A stretch of DNA of 64,000 nucleotides from a virus. Location: IMG/VR virus record IMGVR_UViG_2974637116_000001; one strand, given 5' to 3'. The notes under the pieces were generated by a model. The model was not told where the DNA came from, did not search any database, and worked only from the letters and a program-made list of their open reading frames with translations. Shown in pieces: positions 63,379-64,000 of this stretch. Each line of letters begins with the position of its first letter. The first letter of the stretch is position 1. The position numbers were made by a program, and so were the translations under genes.

Positions 63379-64000
63379 ATGAAAAAGTTCAGTGCTTTCC
63401 TAAATGAAGCCGAAAGATCATTTGCATCAAAGAGTGCAGAGCAATTAAAACTTAAGCATATTGGGTATGGTAGATATGCGGACCCTTCGGGGAACATTAC
63501 CCATATGTCTAAGGATGGAAAACTTGTAAGAATTAGTAAGAATGATGACACCACACCACAGCAATCAGCAGGCGGAGAAGAAACTGCAGATGGCGAAGGT
63601 AAGGTCGATCAAGGCACAATATCTATTACATTTGGAAGATTTAATCCACCGACAGTTGGCCATGAAAAACTTCTAGACAAAGTAGCTAGAGAGGCAAAAT
63701 CCAGTGGAGGAGAGTATAGAATATACCCCTCAAGGTCGGAGGATCCTAAAAAGAATCCCCTTGACGCAGGGACTAAAGTTAAGTATATGCGGTTGGCGTA
63801 TCCCGATCACTCGAACGCAATTGTTGATAATGCCGACATGCGTACTATTTTTGATGTTCTCACCGCTCTCGATGCTGACGGGTATAGTTCAGTTAATATT
63901 GTGGTGGGAGGTGACAGGGTTAGCGAGTTCAACAGTCTTGCTGCGAAATACAACGGAGACCTATACACATTCGACGAAATCAAAGTAGTTAGTGCAGGTG
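63379..64000 (+). CDS. Cytidylyltransferase-like (HxGH superfamily) nucleotidyltransferase; runs off the window end; not in the ORF track
   Basis: MKKFSAFLNEA...'ITFGRFNPPTVGHEKL'...'KNPL'...'IVVGGDRV'. Frame is open to base 64000; TTAAATA at 63360-66. Confidence 0.85.
   Translation, partial: MKKFSAFLNEAERSFASKSAEQLKLKHIGYGRYADPSGNITHMSKDGKLVRISKNDDTTPQQSAGGEETADGEGKVDQGTISITFGRFNPPTVGHEKLLDKVAREAKSSGGEYRIYPSRSEDPKKNPLDAGTKVKYMRLAYPDHSNAIVDNADMRTIFDVLTALDADGYSSVNIVVGGDRVSEFNSLAAKYNGDLYTFDEIKVVSAG

Overview
This window is a 64-kb piece of a T4-like marine cyanomyophage genome (Kyanoviridae-type, probably infecting Synechococcus or Prochlorococcus). From left to right it holds: the end of baseplate gp8, a 2645-aa DUF4815/VrlC-like virion protein, a 1730-aa fibre, neck and tail genes gp13-15, the variable g15-g18 region (2OG oxygenase, gp16, basic internal-protein-like ORF, petE, truncated gnd, microproteins, SNase-like nuclease), gp17-gp23, gp3, uvsY/uvsW, gp55/47/46, a zincin-VWA protein with a MoxR-type 'cobS', gp45/44/62, dam, regA, a 7-gene cluster of exported or membrane proteins, hsp20, gp43, uvsX, gp41, mazG and a terminal nuclease/nucleotidyltransferase block. 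I saw no tRNA, CRISPR array, intron, intein, integrase or reverse transcriptase. The main observations beyond the ORF track are: (1) a 43-aa ORF at 21315-21446 that matches the cyanobacterial NDH-1L subunit NdhP, inside a petE-linked cassette of single-helix microproteins; (2) an HxGH nucleotidyltransferase with a T4 capsid-targeting-like N-terminus next to a KxDG ligase-like protein; (3) a late cluster of envelope proteins, one of which has a signal peptide but no nearby start codon; (4) four Sm-like paralogs; and (5) a likely gp21-processed basic polyprotein. All family assignments come from motif recognition by eye; no database searches were run.
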